From: Eledone cirrhosa
Lineage: Eukaryota
DNA: 64,000 nucleotides
NCBI GenBank assembly: GCA_964016885.1
Contig: OZ024741.1
Location: 108,624,001 to 108,688,000, forward strand
Direction: 5' to 3'
The notes under the pieces are model-generated. The model saw nothing but the letters and a program-made list of their open reading frames with translations, was not told the DNA's origin and made no database searches. Shown one piece after another: positions 14,800 through 27,663 of the stretch. Both the position numbers and the translations under genes were made by a program. Numbering within the stretch: the stretch's first letter is position 1; the number at the start of each line of letters is the position of its first letter.

Positions 14800-14922
14800 T
14801 AGACCATTACTCACAAGTTTACTCGATACTTGAGGTAGTAGAATGGGTAATATGAAATATTCGGTACCCCCACGGCTGAGCTCCGGCCGTTTCAAATGCT
14901 AGTTCCGATTTCATCAGAATGA
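14800..14922 (-). mobile_element. Member of the GAGCTC-loop HHR element family
   Basis: Homologous to 52757-52930; minus strand CTGATGA aatcggaactagcattt GAAA cggccggagctcagccgT; stem I pairs poorly. Confidence 0.55.
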
Positions 14923-15153
14923 CATAAGATATAGTTGTCTTAAATATAAAATTATGTACAAAAAATATATCATACCCGCGTTTTTGTTTACATATTCATA
15001 TATATATATATGTGTGTTGCTTTTGTATACGTTGATCTCTGATACCCATATATTTGTATATGACTAAGGAATGGCTAAAAAGTATGTGAGGTTGGGATAG
15101 ATAGAGAGACAAAATAAAGATACAGTGCCTATATCATTATTCATTATTAAATT

Positions 15154-15340
15154 CGGTGGATTGGCAGTATCGGTAGAGGGTCGGACGCCATACTTTGGCG
15201 TATAGAGTTACGGCCCTTGCCATTCTGAGTTCAACCCGCCAAGGTTAGCTTTGCCTTTCATCCCCACGGGGTCGATAAAATAAAGTACCAGTAATGCACT
15301 GGGTATTTGCTGGCCTTGTGCCAAAAGTAGAAACAATTAT
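15154..15340 (+). mobile_element. tRNA-derived SINE
   Basis: Same family as 13818-14007 in the opposite orientation. Confidence 0.85.
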
Positions 15341-15349
15341 TAATTTTGC

Positions 15350-15386
<37 letters not shown>

Positions 15387-15735
15387 CATATATATAAATA
15401 TATATATAAATATATATACATATATATATATATATATAAATATATATATATATATTATAAACACTTTCAGTCAACCTCTTTAGCCTCGGTATCAGCCTCG
15501 GTATCATATCAATATCTCCCTCCGCCTTTTTGAGATTTTCTCGCTTGCTACGGACGTGTCTGGAAGCGCTCTTTCCCTGAGGTGTTCCATTGAAAAGCTG
15601 ACCTATCTCACAACAATGTCGCATCACTATTATATAAAGTTGTTCCCTACTGACCAGCGAAACTGTACAGTCGGGACATTGAAGAAAAAATAGGTATATA
15701 TCTGTGTCTATTGTTTCTTCTTACTTTATAATGTG

Positions 15736-15803
<68 letters not shown>

Positions 15804-15826
15804 TTACATATACATATATATATATT

Positions 15827-15892
<66 letters not shown>

Positions 15893-15919
15893 CATACATA
15901 CATATAGATATATAGCCAA

Positions 15920-16135
15920 ACTTCTAGTAAATTGGTAAAGCATCGCTTAATGCCTTTGCTACAGTTATTCAGGATTTTTAGACTCTTAGCTTAAATCCTG
16001 CTAAGGAGTACTTTGACTTTCACCCTTCCAAGATCGATAAAATTAAATAGCAGTAAAGTACTGGGATTAACATAAACATCGTTGCTCTTCTCCACACAAT
16101 TTACTGATTTCGTACCAAAATTCAAAATTAATAAT
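15920..16135 (+). mobile_element. Old diverged SINE of the same superfamily
   Basis: ctttgactttcacccttccaagatcgataaaattaaatagcag core. Confidence 0.55.
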
Positions 16136-16262
16136 GAATAATGATATAGACACTGTATCTTTATTTTGTCTCTCTATTTATCCCAACCTCAATACTTTTT
16201 CGATCAGAGATAAACGTATACAAAACCAACACACACACACTTGCACGCGAACACATACGTGC

Positions 16263-16309
<47 letters not shown>

Positions 16310-16552
16310 CATTAACGAAGAACGCTGGTATAAATACAGCGTCCTTCTGGCCAGATTCTAGCTCACTCAACAAATCTAGTGAATTGCAGTTATACAGTTG
16401 CAATCTCTTGTTCTGAGTGCACAAGTTTTACTGTAGAGTGTTAATTGTTTTGCAAGAGATGTCAACATGAATGTACCTATTATTTTTATCTAAAGACATG
16501 TTTTCCAATTCTATCCCGCCCGTCCCCTTAATCTATTTTATTTCTCATTCTT

Positions 16553-16588
16553 TCTTCTGATGAAGGACTAGCGTCCGAAACGTTAAGA
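16553..16588 (+). ncRNA. Minimal type I hammerhead ribozyme (GAAACGTT type)
   Basis: tctt-CTGATGA-a ggac tagc gtcc-GAAA-cg-TT-aaga; homolog at 34303-34338 shares ~100 nt of downstream sequence. Confidence 0.8.
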
Positions 16589-16679
16589 CCCTCTTCCTGC
16601 AATATCAAGCGTTAACCTAATATATACCTTCCATATACTGTACCGATTGTGTTGTTATTTCTCTTTACCTTTTACATAC

Positions 16680-16726
<47 letters not shown>

Positions 16727-16761
16727 TGCTTTTATAAATATAGTTTCCATTTATTAATATC

Positions 16762-16795
<34 letters not shown>

Positions 16796-16926
16796 AGAGA
16801 GAGAGAAATAGAAAATAGATATATATAGATATAGATACATATGTGTTTGTGTGTGTGAGTGTATAGATAGATAGGTAGGTAAATAGATACATAGACAGAA
16901 TGATAGATAGATAAATATATAGACAG

Positions 16927-19900
16927 ATTTCTTTATTTGCTGCAAGAAGAGGGGACAATACAAAGACACATGCCGGAGATTTTACATACAGTCGTGTAAA
17001 TAAAAATATATATATATATATAAAAGAAACAATTATAACAATCGAAATCCCCAATAGGGGGAAGACGCCACAAATGGGTTGTTTAATGCCCCGTCGATAG
17101 AACAACCCTCAACTTCAGGAGCGTGTTGTGCAAGTGCTCCCTTCTTCCTTTTGCTCTACAGGCTTATAAACAGAGAAGGCCCAATCACTCAGGCCATTTT
17201 CGCTTCATTCACCCACATATCAGTAAATTTAATGGGATGCAGTGCTTCTCTCTCAACTCTGATTCTTGTTCTAAAGTGATACTTAAAGAAGGGAATCAAT
17301 TGTTGTCCGGGGAGAAAGGCATCTGTCCTCAGTCCGCTCAATCTCGTCCACCATATAACTTCTTTCACCATAGCCACTGTACAGAGGAAAACCGCTTCTC
17401 TTTCGTTTTTGAAAGAGGCTGGCGGTTCGATCCTTACTATGGATTCGGCAGTAAACTGGATTTGTCCTATACGCGACAGCAGTTGTTCTGCATAGTTCCA
17501 CAGGTCACTTACGCCCGGGCAGTGTACAATTGGGTGCAAGACGGTTTCAATGTCCTGCTCGCATCTTGGACACGTCCTCTTGAAAGGATCCCTGCCGCGG
17601 CGTCGGTGTCTGTAGATCTTAACTCGAACGGGTAGAGCTCCTCGGTAGCACTGCCAGGCCAGGGATCTCTGGAAGTTGTCCATAGGTCCCGGGCGGAAAG
17701 TCCTACCGGAAAGAATGGTGAGCTCGTCGTCTTCGACGCCTAGAGTCTCCCCGAGCACGTCGTCTCACTTGTAAAGTACTAACCATCTATAGAATGTCGA
17801 AGTGGAGTCTCCACTGATTGCTGTGCCCGCTTGACAGAGGACTGTGAGCGCCTGGGCGCATTCAATGTGCCAGGCACCCATCTTCTTCGGTCTTCGCTTG
17901 ACCCAGGACTGCAGCTCCGTCACAGAGAAAAGTTGTGGGAAGGGCTGTCTCACAAACGGTGCCCACACCGGTTGGTCGGTGAGGAATATCTGAAGATGCC
18001 GTAGCCCCAGCGCATGTTTGTGCATCATTAGCCACGGCATGCCCATCACTCCATTGGAAGGGTGTTGACAGCAGATGGATCGCCTCACCAGTGGAGCCTG
18101 CTTCTTCCACAGGAACTGGAAGAGCATGCGTTCCATCTTGGTGAAGTAGTCACGGGGACAAGGCACGACAATCAAGCGGTAGTAGATGACGGACGTTATG
18201 AAAGTATTCGCCACCTCCACTCGACCTTTCAAAGACAGTTTGCACTCTGCCCACGTCTGGGTGAGCGCAAATACCTTGGTCATAACCTCGTTTCAGTTTT
18301 TCTCCACCTGGAGGTTTGGACCGAACCAGAGCCCGAGCAATTTCACCGGTCCTTCCGTCCAGCGTCCGACGACGCTGTCGGACGGCATCGATTTGCCTCT
18401 CCACGTTCCGAGTTGCAAACCGACATACTTGTCCGGGTTCAGTTTTGCTCCCGCAAACCTTTTGTATTCCTTTTATAGGTTGCCGATTATCTCGATTTCC
18501 GAGGTTTTCGACACCATTACCGTCATGTCGTCGGCATAAGCCGACGCCGCTTTTCGCAGTCCCGGTTCTAAAGGGATGCCCTGCAAAAGCTCCAACTTCC
18601 GCAGTAGTGGCTCTATAGTCAACACGTACAGAATGGAGGAGAGAGGGCATCCCTGTCGAATGGAACGCGTGATTGCGAACGGCTCCGATAGGTAGCCGTT
18701 CACCTTGACCCTCGAGCAGATGGTAGTGTGCATATCCTTGATCCAGCCCCTGAAAACGGGACCGAAACCGGCCGCATTGAGGACCGCCTCCAAGTATCGA
18801 TGGTCGACCCTATCGAATGCCTTAGACTAATCTAAATTGATGAGAGCCCCACCGAAGTTGGGTTTACACCCCACCCTCTCTATGATGTATCGCATGAGGT
18901 GGATGTTGTCAGGTATGGACCTGGTCGGGATTGTACACATTTGCGCTTTCCCTACCAGGTTTTCGACGACAAGCGCCAGCCTCGTTGCTACCACCTTGGC
19001 CAGAATCTTTAACTCTGTGTTGAGCAGAGTTATGGGCCTGAAATTGTTTATTTCGTCCTCCTTGTTCTTGTCTTTTCTGATCAGCGTTACTAGCTCTTGC
19101 CTGCAGAACTGGAAATTGTCCCGTTCTGCTGCCAATTGCAGTAGACGGCTTCGAGGACGGCAGAGAACAAGTTCGGCATGCCTATATAAAATTCATAGGG
19201 TAGACCATCTAGACCGGGAGATTTACGTTTCCCGCAGCGGCCCAGAGCGTCCCGTATCTTAGTGGCTGTGATCGGTCTTTCGCAGAACTCGGCGTCCATG
19301 CTCGAGAGACGCGGCAGGCCGTCGCGGTATGAACCAAAGTTCATTTCCCCGTTCGCTGTACCGTCATTCTGCTCAAACAGTTGCGCAAAGTGCCGCTGAT
19401 AGGCCGCGCACATCTGCCCGGGGTCAAGTATCACGCGTCCGTTTTGGTCTTTCAAAGAGCGAATCGTGGACTTGTTGCCACTTTTCGCTTCTGCCACTCG
19501 GGCCCAGCTAACAGCTTTTGCTCCATCGTTTCCTAGAGCACGTGATTTACTTCTGACCACGCAGCCTTCGTGTTTCGCGTCGAAGAACTGGTCCAGTGCC
19601 GTTCTCGATGCTAGCACTCTAGCTGCGTTGCCACTCCTAAGCGCCTCTTCTCCTTTGGCTACTAGTTCTGTTTCTGATTTTTTTTTCTCTAAATCTAATT
19701 CTCTGCTAAACCCTATCGATTCTACTCTAATTGCTCTCTTGAGAGAGTACCACCATCTATTGTTGACGATGGCTCCCGTCAACTCTTGCTTAACTAATCT
19801 ACTTATCCGTTCACTGTAGGCTTTTCGTGCCGGCAACGACTCATTCAGCTTCCAGTATCTATGTATTCTATCACGGTTGACTATGCAGACGACTACTTTG

Positions 19901-21466
19901 TGATATGAATAGGCAACCATCTGCATTTGTGGACAGCTTAACATCCTCTTTCCTTTTCTCTAATAAAAAAAAACCTATCTAGACACGATCTAGATGTCCC
20001 GCTGCGGTTTGCCCACGTCCACTGGTGTGCAGTTGGGAAATTTAGTCGATATCTATCGGCCAGTTGGAATTGGTCGATTAGAATTTTGAGGCTGTTGCAC
20101 CCCGCTCTACTGGGACATGCTCCCACATAGTACCATCGTGCATCTAGGATATTATTCCAGTCTCCCACTAATAGCAAGGAGCGAGACGTTCCCAGAAAAG
20201 ACTCAACACGCTTAAAGAAGTCTGGCCGCGATTGTGATTGCTCGGTCGGGGCATAAACGGGCACCAGTCTGAAGGCTCCACCTCCAATACTGTTCACGTC
20301 TAGGACTACCAGTCAACCCTCCGGGTCAAAGTGTACTTGCCGTACTTCGAGTTCCAGGTTTTTCCGAAACATGACAGTCACTCCCCCTCTACCTCCCGGC
20401 TGACAGAGCGATGCGTAGATCTCAAAGTCATTGAAGATGGGGGTTAGTTGCTGCCTGTTGTGGATCCTGGACTCGGTGATGGCTATTACATCTATACCGT
20501 GTGACCTAAGGTCGTTTAAAAGTTGGCCCTGTTTCCAGGGCATCCCTAGGCCAAGTACATTCACGCTTCCAACTCGTAAGTCAGCTATGTTGGTGGAGAA
20601 GGGTTCGCAAATAGAACGAAAAGGGGCACCTTTCCGTTTCCTGGAGATCGGGTTGTTCAATCTCCATTTCAGTTCTGGAGGAGGTGTTGCATGGGGTGGG
20701 GAAACATTTCAACAGGACACGGTTTATTGGTTTTTTGGCAACATCCTGTGAAAACTTTTGTTTCACTGTCTGATAGGTCTCTATCGAAACCCTTATTAGT
20801 TTTAGGTGTGGTTGAGAGTTTGCTTTTACAAAAGTTTTGCCCTCAATTTCTACTTTGGGGTCTTGCGAGATGACCTCCATTAGGTTTTTGTTGTTTGTGT
20901 TAATGTATGTGTATTGTTGTTTGTTTTTGTTGTGTTGTTTTGGTTTGTTGTTCATTTTGTAGTTTTCTTTTTATGGTGGGCATTTGTGTTTGGGGTGGTA
21001 TTGGTGTTTGTTTTGATGGTAGGGGGGGGCGTGATTATGGTGGTGTTTGTGTTGTTATTTGTGTTGGTGGTTGTGTGTTTTTGTTGGTGATTGTTGTTTT
21101 TGTGGCTTTATGGTGTCTCTTTTTTGTTTTGTTTTTTTACGAGGCGCTCCTTCATCTTCACTTGGGATGGAGAAGTAGCCTCGTCTGGTATTGAATCGTC
21201 ATCAGGGGCGTGTGGGAGGGGTATGTTGTGTGGTGTTGCTGTGTGATTGTGGTAGTGTTGGATGGAGTGGGATGGGGTGGGACTGTGTTTTTCAGGGGAA
21301 TTGTTTGTGTTTTTTCTTTTGTTTGTGGTTGAACAGTTGTTTGTTTTTGTGTGTTTGCTTGTTTTGCGTGTTGTTGTTGTCGTGGTTTTGGGTGGTGTTT
21401 GTTCGTAAGAGGGGACAGGAGGCCTTTAAATGCGATGTGCTCGCGCATTTAAAACAATGTGGCCTC
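16927..21466 (-). mobile_element. Tx1-clade LINE copy 1; 5'-truncated inside ORF1, many frameshifts
   Basis: APE (GSVNVLGL, VGDWN), RT (FRPITLLN, QGCPLS, YADD) and C-terminal CPRC..HPIVHC fragments; starts at the ORF1 zinc-knuckle remnant. Confidence 0.95.
17189..20590 (-). pseudogene. Copy 1 ORF2 (APE + RT + Zn finger), fragmented
   Basis: At least seven ORF pieces collinear with the 1004-aa ORF of copy 2; the start ATG appears as ATA. Confidence 0.9.
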
Positions 21467-21717
21467 TAGCTGGCTAGCTAGCTAGCTAGATAGATAGATA
21501 TATTTCTTTATTTACCATAAAAGCATAAAAAGAAGGGACAAATACAAAGGGGGAGTTTACATACAATCGAGTAAAAAGGGTATAAAATGAAAATAATCGA
21601 AAACAACCTCAAAAGGGAGGGGACGTGATGGGGGTTGCACACACCCCCGAAAAAGTGTGCAATCCTTTGCCCGGGGAGCACATGGAGAAGGTGCTCCCCT
21701 CTCCTTCACTTCTTTAC

Positions 21718-24700
21718 CTACAGGATGGTATACAGAGAAGGCCCATTTACACGAGCCATTCTCGCCACTATCACCCACCTTTCATAAAACTGCCTGTGGC
21801 CAAGCACCTCTCTCTCCATTCTTATCCTTCTTCCGAAGTGATATCGGAAGAAGTAGACCAGACTAGGGCCAGAGAGGAAGTTGCCTGACCTCAGACCTTT
21901 CAATCGTGTCCACCAAACAACCTCTTTCAACATGGCTATTACGCACAGAAAAACCGCCTTTGCTTCCTTTGTGAAGAGGGGAGGCGGTTTGATTGTCATC
22001 ACGGACTCGGCGGTCAATTGAATCGGCGCCACCCGCGACAGCAGTCGTTCGGCGTAGCCCCACAGATCAGCCACGCCCGGACATTGCACCAATGCGTGCG
22101 CAACGGTTTCTTCGTGACGCACGCATCTAGGGCAGATTTTTTCGAGGGATCCCTGCCCGGGCGCCCGTGTCTGTAGAGCCTCTCTCGAACGGGTAGAGCC
22201 CCCGGCAGCACTGCCAGGCTAGTGACTTCTGGAAGTTGTCCATTGGTCCCGGGCCGAAAGTCCTACCGAACAGGCTGGCCAGTTCGTCCTCTTCCATGTC
22301 CAGCGACTCTCCAAGGGTGTCATCGCCCCTGCTAGCCACCAGCCCTCTATAGAATGATGAGGTGGATTCTCCACCGATGGCCTGGCCCGCTTGCCAGAGA
22401 GCCCTGAGCGCCTGAGCACACTCAGTGTGCCAGTCTCCCAGTTTTCCGGATCTTTGCTTGACCCAGGACTGCAGCTCGGTGAGCGAGACGAGTCTCGGAA
22501 AGGCTCGTTTCACGAACGGAGCCCACACCGGTTGACCAGTGAGGAATACCTGTAGGTGCCGTAGCCTTAATGCGTGCCTACGCATCATCAACCACGGCAT
22601 CCTCAGCCCTCCTTTCGAAGGTTGTTGGCAGCAGATGGATCTTCTCACCATAGGAGGGCGCTTCTTCCAAAGAAATTGGAAGAGCATGCGTTCCATGGAG
22701 GTGAGTGTTTCCTTAGGGCAAGGCACGACAGTCAGGCGGTAGTAAGTGACGGACGCTATGTAAATGTTCGCCACCTCCGCCCGGCCTTTTAGGGACAGCT
22801 TACACTTGGCCCATTTCTGGGTTAGTGCAAACACCTTGTTCGTAACCTCGTCCCAGTTCTTTTCCACCTGGAGGTCCGGTCCAAACCAGACCCCAAGCAA
22901 CATTACCGGGCCCTCCGTCCAGTGTCCGACGACACCGTCGGGAGGCATCGGTCTGCCTCTCCACGTTCCGAGTTGCAGCCCGATGGATTTTTCCCGGTTC
23001 AGTTTCGCTCCTGACAACCTTTCGTAATCCTCCAGTAAGGTACCGATCGCCTCGATCTCCGAGTCGGTCGATACCATTACTGTTACGTCATCGGCGTAGG
23101 CCGACACCGCTTTGCTCAATCCTGGTTCCAGGGGGATACCCTGCAACAACTCTAATTTCCTCAGTAAAGGCTCGAGAGTCAATACGTACAGAAGGGAGGA
23201 GAGAGGGCACCCCTGTCGAATGGATCGTGTGATTTCGAACGGCTTCGAAAGGTAGCCGTTCACCTTGATCCTAGAACAGATGTGGTTGCTATGTAAGGCA
23301 GTGATCCAGCCTCTGAAAACAGGACCGAACTCAGCCGCCGCTAGCACCGCATCCAGGTAACCATGGTCGACCCTATCGAAGGCCTTAGACTGATCCAAGT
23401 TGATCAGGGCCCCACCGAAGCCGGGTTTGTTTCCAACCCTCTCTATGATGTATCGCATGAGGTGGAGGTTATCGTGAATGGACCTGGATGGGATAGCACA
23501 TGTCTGCGCATCTCCCACCAGGCTACCCACGACAAGCGCCAACCTCTTTGCTAACACCTTGGCCAGAATCTTTAACTCTGTGTTTAGCAGGGTTATGGGC
23601 CTAAAATTATTTATACTATCCCCCTTGTTCTCGTCTTTCCTCACCAGCGAGACTACGCCCTTGGCTACAGAACAAGGAATTCTCCCGTTCTGCTGCCAAT
23701 TGCAGTAGACCGCTTCGAGGAGTTCGGAGAAGAAGACCGGCATTGCTAAATAAAGTTCGTAAGGTATACCATCGAGACCTGGAGATTTGCGTCTGCTGCA
23801 TTGGCTCAGCGCGTCTCCGATCTCATCAGCCGAGATTGGTCCTTCGCAGGACTCTGCCTTTTCGCTTGAGAGACGCGGCAGGCCGTCGAGGTATGGACCG
23901 AAATCCACGTCAACGCCCGGACCCTCGCCTCCCCCGAATAATCGGGCAAAGTGCCTTTGAAAGGCCTCGCACATCTGCTTAGGCTCCCGGATCACCCGTC
24001 CATCCTCGTCTTGCAACGACCGGTTGGTGGATCGATTTCCACTCTTAGCTTCTGTCACGCGGGCCCAGCCAACGGCTTTGGCCCCCTCATTAGCTAGAGC
24101 ACGTATTTTACTTCGAATGACGCAGCCTTCGTGCTTTGCATCGAAAAACTGGTTCAAGGCCGTCCTCGATGCCAGCACTCTGGCCACATCTTCGCTCTTG
24201 ATTGCCTCTTCTAATTTACCTGTTAATTCTTTCTCGTTTCTATTCCTATCGGCAGCTAACATCTTGCTATAACTTATTGATTCTGTTCTAATCTCTCTTT
24301 TGAGAGATGCCCACCATCTGTTGTTGACGATTGCACCCGTCAACCTCTCCTTAACTAATCTGCTAATCCGGTTTCTGTAAGTCTCTTTTGCCGGTAAAGA
24401 CAAATTAAGTTTCCAGTAACCGGGACCCTGTTTATGTGTTTTCTCGAGATTGACTACGCAGGTCACTAATTTGTGATCCGTATAGCCAACCGTGCGCATT
24501 TCTGGACAGCTTAATATGTCTCTATCCTTACTTCTAACTAAGAATCTATCTAAGTACGATCTAGATTGACCACTATGGTTTCTCCAAGTCCAGGTAGGCA
24601 CAGTTGGAAAATCTAGTCGATATCTATCGACCAAGTTAAAACGGTCGAGTAACCCCTTGAACCCTCTATTAGGACATGCTCCTGCATAGTCCCAACGTGC

Positions 24701-25141
24701 ATCTAGGATGTCATTCCAATCCCCCGCTAGAAGCAGGGAACGCGACGTTCCCAGAAAAGTCTCCAAACGCTGGAAGAAGTCGGGCCGTTCAGCTCCGAAA
24801 GGGGAGTAGACGTCGACCAGTCTCAAGGCCGCACCTTCACTACTGCCAACGTCTAGCACCAACAAACGACCCTCCGGGTCCGAGTGAACAACCTGTACGG
24901 CAAGACCCAGGTGTTTTTGCAGCAGTACGACAACCCCACCCTCACCTCCAGGTTGACAGAGAGATGCATGCACCTCAAAGTCATCGAAGGTAGGGGCCAG
25001 CTGCCGCACGACGCTGATCCGAGTCTCACAGATAACCGTTACATTTATACCACATGACCTGAGGTCATTTAGAAGCTTTGCTTGCTTCCAAGTTGAGCCC
25101 AGGCCACGTGCATTCAAACATCCTACTCTTAACACATCCAT
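21718..25141 (-). CDS. Copy 2 ORF2: APE endonuclease, reverse transcriptase, C-terminal Zn finger
   Basis: 1004-aa ORF with CLNARGL, GDWN, RSYLDRF, TDH, WKLN, KSPGLDG, DQSKAFD, QGCPLS and YADD. It continues through two 1-nt shifts (~22200, ~22138) into the 22014-22211 and 21718-22122 frames. Confidence 0.9.
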
Positions 25142-25174
25142 GTGGGCGGCAGAGCCAAAGGAGAGTGTAGAGAC

Positions 25175-26913
25175 CTACCTTTCTGCTTCCCGGGGTTCGG
25201 GTCGCACGACTTCCATGGGGTCGGGGGTGTTGGGTGAAGGGGTGTCTTGTGGTGGTGTAGGGTCGTCAGTGTGAGGTGGGTTGGGGTGTTTGGAGTTGTG
25301 TTGGGGAGGGGAAGGGGAGGGGGAAAGCTTTTTAGTAGGACGCGGTTATGGGTTTGACGGAGGGTGGTCCTACGTCCTCCTTTAAATCCTTTTTTAGTTT
25401 ATGGTAGAGGTTCATTGGGATCTTTATTAATTTTAAATGTGGGTAGTTTTCTGAAGAAACAAAGTTTACACCTTCGGTTTGTACCGAATGATTATTGTTT
25501 ATGAGTTCATTTAATTTATTATTGTTTCTGTTGGTGTAAGTATAGTGTAATGTCTTTTTTTCGGATGGTGTGAGTGTTTCGAAGAGGGGAGGGGCAGGTT
25601 TGGTTTTGTTTGTTGCTGGAGGGGTGTTTTCTGTTTTGTTGGATTGTGTTGACATTTGGGTGGGGGTTGTTTGGCCTTGTGTGTTTTGCACATGTTTTCT
25701 TTTTTTTACTTTTAATCTGTCTGAAGGACTCCGTTTCTTCCTCCGAATTCGTTGGGTTATCTTCAGTGTTGGAGGGAAGAGGTATGTTTGCTGGTAATGT
25801 TTCCGTGTTGGTTTTCTTTGTGGGGGAGATGGATGTCACTATGTTAGACTGTGTTGTGTGTTGTGGCTGCGGTGGTTGTGTTGTTTTATTGAGTGAGGGG
25901 TTGGGTTGGCCTGTATTTTGTTTTGGGGTAATGTGTTGTGACTGTTTGTGTTGTGGTGGTGGTGTAGTTTTACTGAGGGACGGGTTTGGTGGGACTGAGT
26001 TTTGTTGTTTGTTTATCTGTTGTGGTGGTGGTGGTGGAGCTGGTGTTGGTAGCAGGGTTTTCTTTTTGTTTAGTTGGGGACAAGCGGCGTTCAGGTGCCC
26101 TCTGCCTGCACAGATATGACAGGACGGTCTTCTCCCCTCCACGCTAATGTTTATATACCAGTGGCCCTCTAATAGGATTCTGTCGGGTATTTGGGCGATG
26201 CGTTCAGGCTTCATTTGCACTACAAGCTCTATACCTGTTCCACTGAACGCATTGCCTGTGGTTTTCCCAATGGAAATCACGTTGTCATTCGCTGGATCGA
26301 TGAAGCCAGCTATGAGCCAGCAGTAGTCCACATCTGGCATCATTGCATCCAGCCATATGCGTTGAGTTCTTTTACCCATATAAGATGGATAAAAGGTAAA
26401 ATTTTTTGAACGAATCGGTGACAAAGCACATTTTTTTGCCGCCGATTCGTTCTTCATAATAATCGCTAGGCTTCCATACAGTCTGTCTTTTCTTATGAAA
26501 GTGGTTTCATTAAGTACTTCTGTGAGTACTGTTTTGATATCTGTTTGAGTTGGCTGTTCAGGTTTTTTAGAAGTGTTGTTGGTGGTGCGGAAAACGACCG
26601 TTCGACTTTCAATGTCTTTGGTGAGTTCTTGAGGCATTTTTACCGATAAAATACCATTCTCTCTTTCAGTTATATATTGTTTGGCGTCTGCAATTCTTTG
26701 TGCCACATCTGAAATATTTTCAGGTATATATGTCAGAGATTTCTTTGTTGTTTGTGCAAATGAAATCTTATTGGTGTTGACTTTGTCGTCTGCTTTGCTT
26801 TCTGTTATGATGTTGTTTTCAAATGTTATTTTTGTGTTTGTTGTGTCTTTGTTTGTGGTATTAATATTGTCATGCAATTTTTCAAATTTTTTTTTTTCGC
26901 TGTTGGAATCCAT
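25175..26913 (-). CDS. Copy 2 ORF1, gag-like with CCHC knuckle; frameshifted near the 3' end
   Basis: 464-aa ORF with CHICAGRGHLNAAC (CX2CX4HX4C) and a Pro/Thr/Gln-rich tail; continues in the 25332-25691 frame and ends MEVVRPEPREAER*. Confidence 0.85.
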
Positions 26914-27323
26914 GTCCAGATTTGTGTTTTCGTCATTTTTCTCCGCAGATTCGTCTGTTTTTATTTTATTTTTTCCTTCCTTCTCTATGACGTTAGTTGG
27001 GAAGGAAGGGGGGGGGGACTAAAGCGTGCGAGCTTACAACTCTTACCGCTGTCCCCCCACCACTATTTTCGTTAGCTTCGTTTAACATTTCTGTCAGACG
27101 ATTGAAATTTTTTTATGCCACAAAATTTTTAAAAACAGGTTTTTCACCCCTAGGAGGGGTAAATATGAGCTGAGCCACCGCCTGACAGTTCAAACGGGGG
27201 GTCAAGCTACACAATAGTATCAAAATTAAAATTGAACTTACAAAATTTCCGCAATAAATTTGAACAAAACTTCTGCGCGAAGTGAATTACATCTACGCTG
27301 TAGAACAGACGAGAGCTAGATTA

Positions 27324-27324
27324 C

Positions 27325-27398
<74 letters not shown>
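27324..27398. repeat. (GATA)n between Tx1 copies 2 and 3
   Basis: Seen directly. Confidence 0.95.
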
Positions 27399-27400
<2 letters not shown>

Positions 27401-27663
27401 TTTCTTTTTATTTGCCAGCAGGGCATCAAAAAGTGGGACAAGTACAATGGGGGGAGTTTACATGAAAAGGCGTCCTCAATAAGGAGGAGGCAATAACAAG
27501 ATATAAAAATAAAATAAAATATAACAAAATAAATTTTATAACAAAATCCTCAATAGGGAGGAGGCGCCTTGGGGGGTCGCACACACCCCCGAAAAAAAGT
27601 GTGCAACCCTTCTCCTCAGGAGCACAGAGCGTAGGTGCTGCCTTAATCTTTCATCTTCCTCAC

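Larger units (their letters stand above)
21502..27316 (-). mobile_element. Tx1-clade LINE copy 2; apparently full length and nearly intact
   Basis: 5'UTR, ORF1, ORF2 and 3'UTR ending AATAAAGAAAT; flanked by (GCTA)/(GATA)n and (GATA)n. Confidence 0.95.
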
